DNA of 55,123 bases, taken from positions 1-55,123 of the forward strand of contig SIBH01000002.1 in the NCBI GenBank assembly GCA_009695285.1, in the 5' to 3' direction. The DNA is from Pedosphaera sp. Lineage in GTDB: Bacteria > Verrucomicrobiota > Verrucomicrobiia > Limisphaerales > SIBH01. Shown here piece after piece: positions 19,217 through 28,977 of this stretch. The position numbers and the translations under genes were made by a program. The stretch's first letter is position 1; each line of letters opens with the position of its first letter. The notes beneath the pieces are model-generated. The model was not told where the DNA came from. It ran no database searches and worked only from the letters and a program-made list of their open reading frames with translations.

Positions 19217-22200
19217 ATGATTATTCATTTTGTGGGTCGATTGTTTTTGGTCTCGGCCCTGATCACCTGCGCGACCGGCATCTCGCGGGTGGAAGCACAA
19301 ATCAACAGCGCGCCGATCATCACCGTTCAACCGACCAACGTCGTGCTCATCGAGGGGGGCACCGCCATATTTGGCATTCAGCTGGCGTGGTCAACCGGTG
19401 CGACCTATCAATGGCTTCGCAATGGCACGAACATCCCCGGCGCGACCAACCCGGACTTCTCTATCTCGCCGGTGGTCCTGGTCGAAAACACGAATCGCTT
19501 TCAATGTTTTGTGACTAATGCCTACGGGAACACGAACAGCAGTGAGGCCATTCTGAAGGTTCTGCCCGACACGACCCGGCCTGTGATTTCTTCGGTGCCC
19601 GGCGGATTCATTCCTGCCAGGACCAACAGCGACATGCGCTTCGTCTCCCTCACCGGAAAAGTTCGCACTCCTGCCCGCCTCCTGCTTTACCTTGGTGACA
19701 TCGGCGAGGTTTACATCGATGATCTCTTTCTCGCCAACGGCAGCCTCGCCGAGGCCGGCACCAACCTCATCGTCAATGGCGACTTCGAAACCCCGTTCTC
19801 CGGCGCACCCGCGTTGACCAACTTCTTTACCAGCGTCGGCTTTTATCACACCAACAGCGTCATCAGCCAGACCAATGCCCGCACCGGCAGCAACAGCCTC
19901 CGCATTATCAGCACCAACAACTCCAGCTTTGCGCTGAACAAGATCCTCTACAAGGACATCCCTGGTGTCACCAATGACCAGACCTGCACCCTCAGCTTCT
20001 GGTACCGGCCCACCTTCAACTGCACCAACCTCTACGCCCGCTTCCAGAGCAGCACCATTGGCAGTTCCTCCGTTCCCGCGGCCATCCTCACCCCAACCAT
20101 TACTCCTGCGACGAACCTTTCGCCCGTGTCGAATCTCGGCGACGGTCAGTCGATCACCATTTATTTCTCTGAACCTGTAGACAGCGCCACCGCCAGCGTG
20201 GCCGCAAACTATACCTTCAACAACGGCGTGACCGTCAGCGCGGTCACACTCGGGGATGACGGACGTTCGGTGATTCTTAACACCTCTCCGTTCCAGTTCC
20301 TCACAACCTATGTGCTGACGGTGAACAATGTCCGCGACCGCGCTATGGTGCCAAACGTCATCCTGCCGAACTCCCAGATGAGCTTTGTTCTCGATCACAC
20401 GCCGCTCGACATGGGCATTCTCACCGGCCCGGTCGAGCCGATCGGCGCATCGAGCCGGCGCGGCCCGCTGGTCCTTTCGGAAATCATGTATCACGCGGCG
20501 CCCCGGGCCGACGGGCGCAATCTCGAGTTCATCGAACTCTACAATTCGCAGGAATGGTTTGAAGACATCGGCGGCTACCGCATTTCCGGCGCGGTGGATT
20601 ACACCTTCCCGACCAACACTCTTCTGTCGGCGCACGGATACGTTCTGCTCGCGGCAGTGCCGGCGGACATTCAGGCCGTCTATGGCATCAGCGGCGCGCT
20701 TGCTTACACTGGATCGTTGCCGAACGACTCCGGAACCCTGCGCATTCGCAACCGCCAGGACGCCGTTCTTTGGGAGACCACCTATGACAGTAAGACGCCC
20801 TGGCCGGTGTCGCCCGATGGCGCCGGTCATTCGCTGGTGCTGGCGCGGCCTTCCTTCGGCGAGGGCGATCCCCGGGCCTGGGCCGCCAGCGATCTTGTCG
20901 GCGGTACGCCCCGCACGAACGAGACCGCGTCCGCTAATCCGTACCGCACCGTGGTCATTAACGAATTTCTCGCGCACACCGACGATCCCGAGTTGGATTT
21001 CATCGAGCTCTTCAACTACAGCACCCAAGCGGTGAACCTCGCGGGCTGTGTGCTGACCGACGACGCGGCGACGAACAAATTTACCCTTCCGCCCGGCACC
21101 ACGATTCCGGCGCGCGGCTTCGTGGTCTATAATCAAAACCAGCTCGGCTTCTCGCTCAGTTCGGCGGGCGAGACGATTTATTTAAAGAACACCAACGGCA
21201 CGCGGATCATCGACGCAGTCCGGTTCGAGGGGCAGGCCAACGGCATTTCCTCCGGTCGTTATCCCGCAGGCGCGCCTGGAATATGCGAGCTGCAAACCAA
21301 AACCCCCGGGTCGAACAACACCCGGCGGCTGCTGCGTGGCATCGTCATCAACGAAATCATGCACAGTCCCGTCAGCAGTGACAGTGCGGATGAGTTTGTG
21401 GAACTGTTCAACCGCGGCACCAATGCGGTGAATTTGTCCAAGTGGACCTTGCGTGGCGGTATCTCGTTCACCTTTCCGAGTAACGCGGTCATCGTCGCTA
21501 ACGGCTACGTGGTCGTTGCCAATTCGGCCGCGCGGCTCATGTCGAATTATCCGGGCCTGAATGCCGCCAACACCTTTGGTGATTATGGCGGCAAACTCGG
21601 CGGCAGCGAGAGCGTGGCGTTGACGATGCCCGACGATGCCGTTTCAACCAACCAGTCCGGCGGTTTTGTGACCAACAAAATTCACATCGTGGTGGACGAG
21701 GTTCTCTACCGCAGCGGGGGACGCTGGGGCCCGTATGCGGCCGGCGGGGGCAGTAGCCTAGAATTAATCGACCCGCGCAACGACCGCCGCCTCGCGCCCA
21801 ACTGGGCGGACAGCGATGAGACGGCGAAGAACGACTGGGTCACCGTGCAATTCACCGGCGCGATCGACAACGGCCAGGGAGCGGCGGACGCTCTCCACAT
21901 CATCGCCATTGGTGCGGGCGAATGGTTGGTCGATGACGTGGAGGTTTTTCGGACGAATGCTCCGGCCGTGAACTTGGTCTCCAATCCGAACTTTTCCTCC
22001 GGCATGACTGGCTGGGTTGGCCAGGGCGTCATGAATCTGACCAGCGCCGACGCCACTGGTGGCATCGGCAACAGCGGTTGCCTTCATGTCCGGGCCAGCC
22101 GGTCCGGCAACACGGGCAACCGCGTCCGCACCACGCTGACCAGCGGATTGAACGGCGGCGAAATCGTCACCATCCGCGCCAAGGTTCGGTGGCTGAAAGG

Positions 22201-25200
22201 CGATCCGGAAATTTTATTCCGCCTCAAGGGAAGCTGGCTGGAGGCGCCCGGCACGGTGCTGACCGCAAAAAATCTTGGCACCCCCGGCGCGTCGAACAGC
22301 GTCGCGCGCGTCAACGCCGGCCCCGTCATCACTGATGTCCGGCATCGCCCGGTGCTCCCCGCCGTCGGCCAGAACGTCACAGTCACAGCCAGGGTGCATG
22401 ACTATGATGGCCTGTCCTCGCTGGTTTTGAAATACCGGATCGACCCGGCGACGAATTACACCATCGCGGCGATGAACAATAACGGCGCGGGCTTCTATTC
22501 GGCCGTCATTTCTGGCCAACCCGCCAACACCATCGCCGCTTTTTTCATCGAGGCTCAGGATAACTTTTTCCCGCACGCCCTGACGCGGTTTCCAAACAAC
22601 GCGCCGCAGCGGGAATGTCTGGTGCGCTTTGGCGATCCCGAGCTGCCGGGAAACAATTTTGGCACCTACCGTTTCTGGATCACGCAGGCCACGATCAACA
22701 AATGGAGCGCCCGCGAGCAACTGAGCAACGACCCGCTCGACATCACCTTTATCTATGGGACCAACCGCGTCATCTACAACTCCGGCGGCGTTTACAGCGG
22801 CAGCCCCTACCACCAGGGATACAATTCTCCGGTCGGGGGCGAGTGCGATTACGTGCTGAGTTTTCCCAAGGACGACGCGCTGCTCGACGAGACGGAAGTG
22901 ACGCTCTCGCGGCCCGGCAATGGCGGCGGCGACGGCACGCTGGCCCGCGAGCAAACCGCCTACTGGATTGCCAATCAGCTCGGACTGCCGCTTTGCTATC
23001 GCCGCACCGTGAACGTGATTGCCAACGGAGTCCGGCGCGGCGCGGCCATGGAGGACGTGCAACAGCCCGGCTCCGACATGGCCAAAGAATGGTATCCGGA
23101 CGATTCGGACGGTGAAACCTACAAGATCCAGATCTGGTTTGAATTCGACGATGCGATGTCCGGCTTCAGCGGGGTGGGCTGCAACCTCGGCAATTACACG
23201 GCCACCGGCGGCGCCAAGAAACTGGCCCGCTACCGGTGGAACTGGGCCAAGCGCGGCTTCACCGGTTCCAGCACCAACTACACTAGTCTCTATGGTCTGG
23301 TGGACAGTGTGAACAACTCGCTCAACGGCGCGGCCTACACAGCCAGGGTTGAATCGTCCGTGGACGTGGATCAATGGTTTCGCACTTTCGTCGTCGAGCA
23401 CATCGTCGGCAATGGTGACAGCTACGCCTACGGCGGCGGGCAGAACATGTATTCCTACAAGCCGGTCAATGGCCTGTGGAAGCTGCTCATCTGGGACATC
23501 GACTTCGCGTTCGCCTCGAGTGGGCCGACCAGCGAAATGTTCAGTCCCGGTGGCCGCAGCTATTCGCCGGACATCGATCATCCGCCATTCCGCAGGCTCT
23601 ACTACCAGGCCATGATTGACGCGGTCAACGGACCCCTTCTCGCCGCCAACTCCACCCCGCTTCTGGATGCTCGCTATGCTGGCTTCGTGGCCAGCGGGAT
23701 CAATCCGGAAGGCCCGGCCGGAACCAAGGATTTTATTGCGCAGCGGCGTAATTACATCCTGACGCTCATCACCAACGTCGCCGCCCCGTTCTCGCTCAGC
23801 GGGGGCAGTTTCAGCACCAATAAGAATCTCGTCACCCTGAGCGGCTTGGCTCCCGTGGGCGTTCGCACCATCAGGATCAACAGCATCGAAGCGCTGGTCA
23901 CCTGGACCGCGCTCACCAGTTGGACGGCGAACGTGGTGCTGCCCGGTGGAACGAACTCGATCAACGTCCAGGGTTACAATCCGCACGACGTCCTCCTCGC
24001 CACGGCGACGAACGTCTTCACGGTCAATGTCACGCTGCCGCCCGCGCTGCCCCAAGATTTCATTGTCATCAACGAGATCATGTTCAATCCGGCGGTGGCC
24101 GGTGGCGAGTATGTCGAAATCTACAACACCTCGACCAACTCCTACTTTGATCTCTCCTTCTGGCAATTGAGCGGGGCGAACTACACCTTTCCCAACGGCA
24201 GCTTCATCGCGCCGCGCGGCTTCATCGTGCTGGTCAAAAATCGCGCCACCTTTGCCGCCGCGTATGGCGCCGGCATCTCCGTCTTTGATGAGTTCAGCGG
24301 CAGTTTGCAGTCGAACGGGGAAACCCTTTCGCTTATCAAGCCGGGCGCGACCCCGGCCCAGGACGTGGTCATCGACCGGGTGCGCTACGAAACCGTCGCC
24401 CCGTGGCCGGTCGGAGCCAACGGCACCGGTTCCTCCATTCAACTGATCGATCCGAAGCAGGATCATTCCCGGCCCGGCAACTGGAGCGGCAACTACATCG
24501 CCGGTGGATTCTTTCCGGCCTCGACCAACAGCAATCCTCGCTTCGTCAGCCTCACCGGCGTGATGAGCACCATTCCGCGACTGCTCTTGTACCTGGGCGA
24601 GGTTGGGGATGTTTACATCGACGACCTCTTCCTGGCCAACGGCTCCTTTGCTGAAGCCGGCACCAACTACATTGTCAATGGCAGCTTCGAAAACCTGTTG
24701 TCGGGCGCGCCTTCCTTGACGAACTTTTTCACCAGCGTCGGCACCTATCACGCGAACAGCGTCATCGCCGTGACCAACGCCCACTCCGGCAGCAGCAGCC
24801 TGCGCATCATCAGCACCAACAACTCCAGCTTCGCCCTCGCCCGCATCCTCTACAAAGACATCCCTGGCCCCACCAACGGCCAGACCTGCACCTTCAGCTT
24901 CTGGTACCGCCCCACCTACGGTGCCACCAATCTCTTCGCCCGCTTCCAGAGCAGCACCATCGGCAGTTCCGCCATTCCCGCCGCCGTCGTGAACCCGGTC
25001 ATCACCTTGGCCACGAACGTCCCCTCGATGGCCTTCCGCACTCCGGGCGCGACCAACTCCATGGTCGCCACCCTGCCGGCGTTTCCCCCGCTCTGGATCA
25101 ACGAGGTCCAGCCCGACAACATCACCGGCATCTTTGACAACGCCGACCAGCGTGATCCCTGGATCGAGCTCTACAACTCGGGGACGAACGTCATCATCTT

Positions 25201-26503
25201 GAACAACTATTTTCTTGCGAACAACTATGCCACCCTGAACCAATGGGCTTTCCCGAACGGAACAGAAATCAATCCCGGCGAGTTCAAAATCATTTTCGCC
25301 GATGCCCAGACCGGGCAGTCCACCCCCGCCGAGCTGCACACCAGCTTCCGGCTCACCAACACCACCGGCTCCGTCGCCCTCTCGCGGCTCGTCAATGGCC
25401 AGATGCAGGTCGTTGATTATCTCAACTATGGCGGCATCGGCTCGGGCCGCTCCTACGGCGATTCTCCCGACGGCCAGTCCACCAACCGCCAGGAATTTTA
25501 CGTGGTCACGCCCGGCGCGACCAACAACAGTATCTCCCCGCCGCTGGTCGTCTTCATCAACGAATGGATGGCCGACAACCTCACGACGCTGGCCGACCCG
25601 GCGGATGGCGATTACGAAGACTGGTTTGAAATTTACAATCCCGGCACCAACACCGTGAGCCTTTCCGGCTTCTACCTGACCGACACCCTGACCAACAAAT
25701 TACAATTCCTCATTCCCGCCGGCTTCACCATTCCGCCCGGCGGCCACCTGCTGGTCTGGGCCGACAATGAAACCACCCAGAACAGTCCAAGCCGGGTTGA
25801 CCTCCACGTCAACTTCAAGTTGAGCGCCTCCGGCGAGGCCATCGGACTGTTCGCCGCCGATGGCACGCAGATCGACGCCGTGACTTTCGGCGCGCAGACT
25901 GCCGATGTCAGCCAGGGCCGTTTCCCCGACGGCACCGGCCCGGTTTATGCCATGACCAACACCACGCCGCACGCCGCCAACCTCAGTCCGTTCCCCAACG
26001 CGCCGCCCGCGCTCGCTGTGATCAGCAACAAGTTCGTCCACGCCGGCCAGACGATCTTCTTCAACGCCGCCGCCACCGACAGTGATCTGCCGACGCAGGC
26101 ATTGACGTTCTCGCTCGACGCCGCGCCCTCGGGCGCGGGCATCGAGCCGGCGACCGGGCTGTATTTCTGGACCCCGACCGCCGCGCAGACGCCAGGCACC
26201 AACGCCGTCACCATTCGCGTGACGGACAACGGCCTGCCCGCCCTCTTTGCCACCCGCACGTTCAGCATCACCGTCATCGCCGCGCCAAGCGTGACCGGCG
26301 TGAACCGTTTCGGTGATGAGCTGGTGCTGACCTTGCAGACCTGTCCTGGGCGCACCTACCGCGTGGAATTCAAGGACGACCTCAGTGCCGGCTCGTGGAC
26401 GCCGCTCGGCGGAAACATCACCGCCGGGGGCGAAAGCCTCTCGATCACCAACGACCTCTCCGCCGCCCAGCAGCGCTTCTACCGCGCCGTGGTCGTGGAG
26501 TGA
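19217..26503 (+). CDS. Large secreted lamin-tail-domain / CotH kinase protein with Ig-like, CBM-like and cadherin-like domains
   Basis: Signal peptide; Ig domain (APIITVQP..YQWLRNG); repeated lamin-tail starts (LSEIMY, INEFLA, INEIM, INEVQ, INEWMA); CotH-like NMYSY..WKLLIWDIDF; C-terminal RFYR tail. Confidence 0.85.
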   Translation: MIIHFVGRLFLVSALITCATGISRVEAQINSAPIITVQPTNVVLIEGGTAIFGIQLAWSTGATYQWLRNGTNIPGATNPDFSISPVVLVENTNRFQCFVTNAYGNTNSSEAILKVLPDTTRPVISSVPGGFIPARTNSDMRFVSLTGKVRTPARLLLYLGDIGEVYIDDLFLANGSLAEAGTNLIVNGDFETPFSGAPALTNFFTSVGFYHTNSVISQTNARTGSNSLRIISTNNSSFALNKILYKDIPGVTNDQTCTLSFWYRPTFNCTNLYARFQSSTIGSSSVPAAILTPTITPATNLSPVSNLGDGQSITIYFSEPVDSATASVAANYTFNNGVTVSAVTLGDDGRSVILNTSPFQFLTTYVLTVNNVRDRAMVPNVILPNSQMSFVLDHTPLDMGILTGPVEPIGASSRRGPLVLSEIMYHAAPRADGRNLEFIELYNSQEWFEDIGGYRISGAVDYTFPTNTLLSAHGYVLLAAVPADIQAVYGISGALAYTGSLPNDSGTLRIRNRQDAVLWETTYDSKTPWPVSPDGAGHSLVLARPSFGEGDPRAWAASDLVGGTPRTNETASANPYRTVVINEFLAHTDDPELDFIELFNYSTQAVNLAGCVLTDDAATNKFTLPPGTTIPARGFVVYNQNQLGFSLSSAGETIYLKNTNGTRIIDAVRFEGQANGISSGRYPAGAPGICELQTKTPGSNNTRRLLRGIVINEIMHSPVSSDSADEFVELFNRGTNAVNLSKWTLRGGISFTFPSNAVIVANGYVVVANSAARLMSNYPGLNAANTFGDYGGKLGGSESVALTMPDDAVSTNQSGGFVTNKIHIVVDEVLYRSGGRWGPYAAGGGSSLELIDPRNDRRLAPNWADSDETAKNDWVTVQFTGAIDNGQGAADALHIIAIGAGEWLVDDVEVFRTNAPAVNLVSNPNFSSGMTGWVGQGVMNLTSADATGGIGNSGCLHVRASRSGNTGNRVRTTLTSGLNGGEIVTIRAKVRWLKGDPEILFRLKGSWLEAPGTVLTAKNLGTPGASNSVARVNAGPVITDVRHRPVLPAVGQNVTVTARVHDYDGLSSLVLKYRIDPATNYTIAAMNNNGAGFYSAVISGQPANTIAAFFIEAQDNFFPHALTRFPNNAPQRECLVRFGDPELPGNNFGTYRFWITQATINKWSAREQLSNDPLDITFIYGTNRVIYNSGGVYSGSPYHQGYNSPVGGECDYVLSFPKDDALLDETEVTLSRPGNGGGDGTLAREQTAYWIANQLGLPLCYRRTVNVIANGVRRGAAMEDVQQPGSDMAKEWYPDDSDGETYKIQIWFEFDDAMSGFSGVGCNLGNYTATGGAKKLARYRWNWAKRGFTGSSTNYTSLYGLVDSVNNSLNGAAYTARVESSVDVDQWFRTFVVEHIVGNGDSYAYGGGQNMYSYKPVNGLWKLLIWDIDFAFASSGPTSEMFSPGGRSYSPDIDHPPFRRLYYQAMIDAVNGPLLAANSTPLLDARYAGFVASGINPEGPAGTKDFIAQRRNYILTLITNVAAPFSLSGGSFSTNKNLVTLSGLAPVGVRTIRINSIEALVTWTALTSWTANVVLPGGTNSINVQGYNPHDVLLATATNVFTVNVTLPPALPQDFIVINEIMFNPAVAGGEYVEIYNTSTNSYFDLSFWQLSGANYTFPNGSFIAPRGFIVLVKNRATFAAAYGAGISVFDEFSGSLQSNGETLSLIKPGATPAQDVVIDRVRYETVAPWPVGANGTGSSIQLIDPKQDHSRPGNWSGNYIAGGFFPASTNSNPRFVSLTGVMSTIPRLLLYLGEVGDVYIDDLFLANGSFAEAGTNYIVNGSFENLLSGAPSLTNFFTSVGTYHANSVIAVTNAHSGSSSLRIISTNNSSFALARILYKDIPGPTNGQTCTFSFWYRPTYGATNLFARFQSSTIGSSAIPAAVVNPVITLATNVPSMAFRTPGATNSMVATLPAFPPLWINEVQPDNITGIFDNADQRDPWIELYNSGTNVIILNNYFLANNYATLNQWAFPNGTEINPGEFKIIFADAQTGQSTPAELHTSFRLTNTTGSVALSRLVNGQMQVVDYLNYGGIGSGRSYGDSPDGQSTNRQEFYVVTPGATNNSISPPLVVFINEWMADNLTTLADPADGDYEDWFEIYNPGTNTVSLSGFYLTDTLTNKLQFLIPAGFTIPPGGHLLVWADNETTQNSPSRVDLHVNFKLSASGEAIGLFAADGTQIDAVTFGAQTADVSQGRFPDGTGPVYAMTNTTPHAANLSPFPNAPPALAVISNKFVHAGQTIFFNAAATDSDLPTQALTFSLDAAPSGAGIEPATGLYFWTPTAAQTPGTNAVTIRVTDNGLPALFATRTFSITVIAAPSVTGVNRFGDELVLTLQTCPGRTYRVEFKDDLSAGSWTPLGGNITAGGESLSITNDLSAAQQRFYRAVVVE
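19601..20116 (+). repeat. Internal 516-bp domain duplication, copy 1
   Basis: GGFIPARTNS...LLLYLGDIGEVYIDDLFLANGS...FWYRPT...TPATN, the same length as copy 2. Confidence 0.9.
24503..25018 (+). repeat. Internal 516-bp domain duplication, copy 2
   Basis: GGFFPASTNS...LLLYLGEVGDVYIDDLFLANGS...FWYRPT...TLATN; long identical nucleotide runs shared with copy 1. Confidence 0.9.
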
Positions 26504-27940
26504 TCAGCCGCGCAATAGCGTGGTGCACACAGTCCGCAGCTTCTTCAACTGCGCCGCCGTCTTCGCCTCGAGGTAGCAGCGGATGAGCGGCTCCGTGCCG
26601 CTGGCGCGGAAGGCAACCCACTCGCGGTTGGGCAGGAGAAATTTGTAGCCGTCGGTCGTGATGAACTTTTCCACCTTGAACGAACCGACCCGGTCCAGCC
26701 CGGCGGCGAGTTTTTTGAGCAGGGCTTCCTTCGCCTCCGGCGTGAGACGGACGTTGAGCCGGTCGCTGTGGAATTCACCGGTTTGTTTTTCGAGCGCCTT
26801 GAGAATATGGCCGAGTGATTTCTTTTCTGTCGCGACCAGTTCCGCCATCAGCAGGCAGGCGAGCACGCCGTCCTTCTCCGGCACATGGCCCTTCACGCTC
26901 AGGCCGCCGGACTCCTCGCCGCCGACGATGATCGACTCGCTCTCCATCAGCGCGCCGATGTATTTGAAACCGACGGGTGTCTCGTAAAGTTTCACCCCGA
27001 GCAGTTCCGCGACCGCATCGACCTGATGGCTCGTCGGCACCGTGCGCACGACCGCGCCGGTCCAGCCACGATTCTTTTTCAAATGATACAATGCGAGCGC
27101 GAGAATCTGGTTCGGCGTGAGCCAGGTTCCATCCTTATCGACGATGCCGAAGCGATCCGCGTCGCCGTCGAGGCCGAGGCCCATCTGCGCCCGGCCGCTG
27201 CGGACGAACTTGCTGACTTCGGCCATGCCCTCGGCGTTCGGTTCCGGGTGATGGCCGCCGAAGAGCGGGTTCAGTTCATTGTGAAACAGCGTGACCTTCG
27301 CGCCGGCCTCTTCGAGCAGCGTGTCGAGATAGCCGCTCCCGGTCCCATACATCAGCTCGACGGCGAGCTTCATCTTCGCCTTTTTGATGGCCGCGAAATC
27401 GACCAGCTTCCGGAGCTGTTTGAAATAGTCCGGCTGCGGATCAATCGTCTGGCACTGGAAAGTCCCGACGACGGCGGCCTTGAAACTCCAGTTCCCCGCG
27501 ATGAGTTTGGCGATGTTCGCCTCGATCTGCTTCGTGGCCTCCGGCGGGGCGGCCGCGCCGTTGCTTGTGGAAAATTTCAGCCCTTGGTACTCGGCGGGAT
27601 TGTGGCTGGCCGTCAGGTTGAAGCCGCCCACGGCCTTCCGCACCCGGATGGTGTGGGCGATGACCGGCGTGGGCGCGTCGCGCTGGCAGAGCAGGGGGCT
27701 GAAGCCGCTGGCCGCGAGCACCTCGGCCACGGCCAGGGAAAATTCGCGTCCGAGAAAGCGCGTGTCATGGCCGATGATGACGACGGGCCTGCGTCCGTAG
27801 ATTTCCGATTTCCGATTTCCGATTTCCGATTTCAGGTGGTCCGCGATGCCCTGCGTCGCGAGTCGGACGTTGTCGAAGGTGAAGTCGCGCGCGATCAGGC
27901 CGCGCCAGCCGCTGGTGCCGAATTTGATGGGGGAGTTCAT
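26504..27940 (-). CDS. Phosphoglucomutase/phosphomannomutase family protein
   Basis: IKFGTSGWRG, TASHNP, DGDADR, GEESGG, RASGTEP; ATG at 27940. Confidence 0.95.
   Translation of the reverse strand: MNSPIKFGTSGWRGLIARDFTFDNVRLATQGIADHLKSEIGNRKSEIYGRRPVVIIGHDTRFLGREFSLAVAEVLAASGFSPLLCQRDAPTPVIAHTIRVRKAVGGFNLTASHNPAEYQGLKFSTSNGAAAPPEATKQIEANIAKLIAGNWSFKAAVVGTFQCQTIDPQPDYFKQLRKLVDFAAIKKAKMKLAVELMYGTGSGYLDTLLEEAGAKVTLFHNELNPLFGGHHPEPNAEGMAEVSKFVRSGRAQMGLGLDGDADRFGIVDKDGTWLTPNQILALALYHLKKNRGWTGAVVRTVPTSHQVDAVAELLGVKLYETPVGFKYIGALMESESIIVGGEESGGLSVKGHVPEKDGVLACLLMAELVATEKKSLGHILKALEKQTGEFHSDRLNVRLTPEAKEALLKKLAAGLDRVGSFKVEKFITTDGYKFLLPNREWVAFRASGTEPLIRCYLEAKTAAQLKKLRTVCTTLLRG
27800..27833. repeat. 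Heptamer tandem repeat (GATTTCC)x~5 inside the pgm/pmm gene
   Basis: Seen directly; translated as KSEIGNRKSEI. Confidence 0.9.
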
Positions 27941-27941
27941 G

Positions 27942-28021
27942 TTGGAGTTCACGCTTCAACGTGTGAGTCTCTGTTCAGGGAGTTGGTGCGTCATGGGAAC
28001 AAGCTAAAGCTTGAACTCCAG
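27942..28021. repeat. REP-like doublet (TGGAGTTC family)
   Basis: ttggagttcacgcttcaacgtgt ... acaagctaaagcttgaactccag fills the nuoA-pgm gap; related to 53000-53059. Confidence 0.65.
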
Positions 28022-28022
28022 C

Positions 28023-28418
28023 TCAGCTTTTCCAGTCAAACGCCTTTTTCTTCAGCGCGTAAATGTAGCCGACGAAGAGCACGCTGAGGAAGGTGAGCAT
28101 CGAGCCGAAGATCAGGCCGGAGTTTTTCGCGAGCTGTTCCTTGTAAACCACCGCCCACGGGTAGAGGAACACCACCTCGATGTCGAACAGGATGAAAAGC
28201 ATCGCCACCAGATAAAATTTCACGGAGAGCCGGGAGTTCCCTTCGCCGACCGGCAACATGCCGCATTCGTAGGCGATGTCCTTGACCTTGGTGGTGCGCG
28301 CCTTAATTTTTTTATTGGCCCAGCGCCCCAGCACCACGGATGCGACGAGCATCGCCGCCGTGAACCCGATGGCCACGACCGCCAAAATCAAGACCGGCAT
28401 GTACTGTTTCAATTGCAA
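28023..28418 (-). CDS. nuoA: NADH-quinone oxidoreductase subunit A
   Basis: YECG, FYLVAMLFILFDIEVVFLYPWA, KKAFDW. Start is probably TTG at 28418, 7 nt after a TACTTT -10 box. Confidence 0.93.
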   Translation of the reverse strand: MQLKQYMPVLILAVVAIGFTAAMLVASVVLGRWANKKIKARTTKVKDIAYECGMLPVGEGNSRLSVKFYLVAMLFILFDIEVVFLYPWAVVYKEQLAKNSGLIFGSMLTFLSVLFVGYIYALKKKAFDWKS

Positions 28419-28425
28419 TGCGGCA

Positions 28426-28454
28426 AAAGTAGAAATGCCTCCGGCCTTTGGCAA
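28426..28454 (-). promoter_or_regulatory. Promoter of nuoA (leaderless)
   Basis: Minus strand TTGCCA-17nt-TACTTT. Confidence 0.6.
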
Positions 28455-28502
28455 GTGCATTCAACAGCGAGCACGAGATTTCACGTCCGCGAAAACCATC
28501 GG

Positions 28503-28531
28503 TTGCCAGTGCCGGTCAACCCCTGTAATTT
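28503..28531 (+). promoter_or_regulatory. Promoter of the Fe-S/radical SAM/prenyl synthase operon
   Basis: TTGCCA-17nt-TAATTT, 10 nt before the ATG at 28542. Confidence 0.6.
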
Positions 28532-28541
28532 CGGCCCCGAC

Positions 28542-28952
28542 ATGACCACGCCGCCGCGCATTTTATATTGCCACTGCAACTACGCCCAAGTCGTGCCTAA
28601 AGAGGTGAAGGAGGCGGTGCTGAAAAAACTTTGCGAATCCGGCGTGGCCTTCGAGGCCGTGGCCGACCTCTGCGAAATGTCCGCGCGCCGCGATCCCGCG
28701 CTGCAACGGTTGGCCGAAGGTGGCACGGTGAAAATCGCCGCCTGCTTCCCGCGCGCCGTGAAATGGCTCTTCGCCGCTGCCCAGGCGCCGCTCCCCGCCG
28801 ACGGCGCGGAAGTGATCAACATGCGCGTGCAAACCGCCGAGGAAGTTTCAGCCGCATTGTTCAGTGAGGAACTCAAACCCAATTTGCCCAAAGGAAAAGC
28901 CGCCCCCGCCGACGCTCCCTCCGTTCAACCCGAAACCGCCGCCGCCACCTGA
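28542..28952 (+). CDS. Small Cys-rich protein resembling the HdrA N-terminal Fe-S domain
   Basis: RILYCHC...DLC...KIAACFPR...VINMR parallels the HdrA pattern VFVCHCG...C...VVAACSPR...NIRE. Confidence 0.7.
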   Translation: MTTPPRILYCHCNYAQVVPKEVKEAVLKKLCESGVAFEAVADLCEMSARRDPALQRLAEGGTVKIAACFPRAVKWLFAAAQAPLPADGAEVINMRVQTAEEVSAALFSEELKPNLPKGKAAPADAPSVQPETAAAT

Positions 28953-28977
28953 TCACGCACCACGCACCATTTCCCCC

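Noticed and set aside
19601-25018. Diversity-generating retroelement template/variable repeat pair
   Set aside because: Both copies are coding within one gene, differences are not confined to adenines, and there is no reverse transcriptase in the window.
22214-25339. 1041-aa ORF on the minus strand
   Set aside because: Antisense shadow of the large CotH/lamin-tail gene. High-GC codon bias removes stops on the opposite strand, and it has no recognisable motifs.
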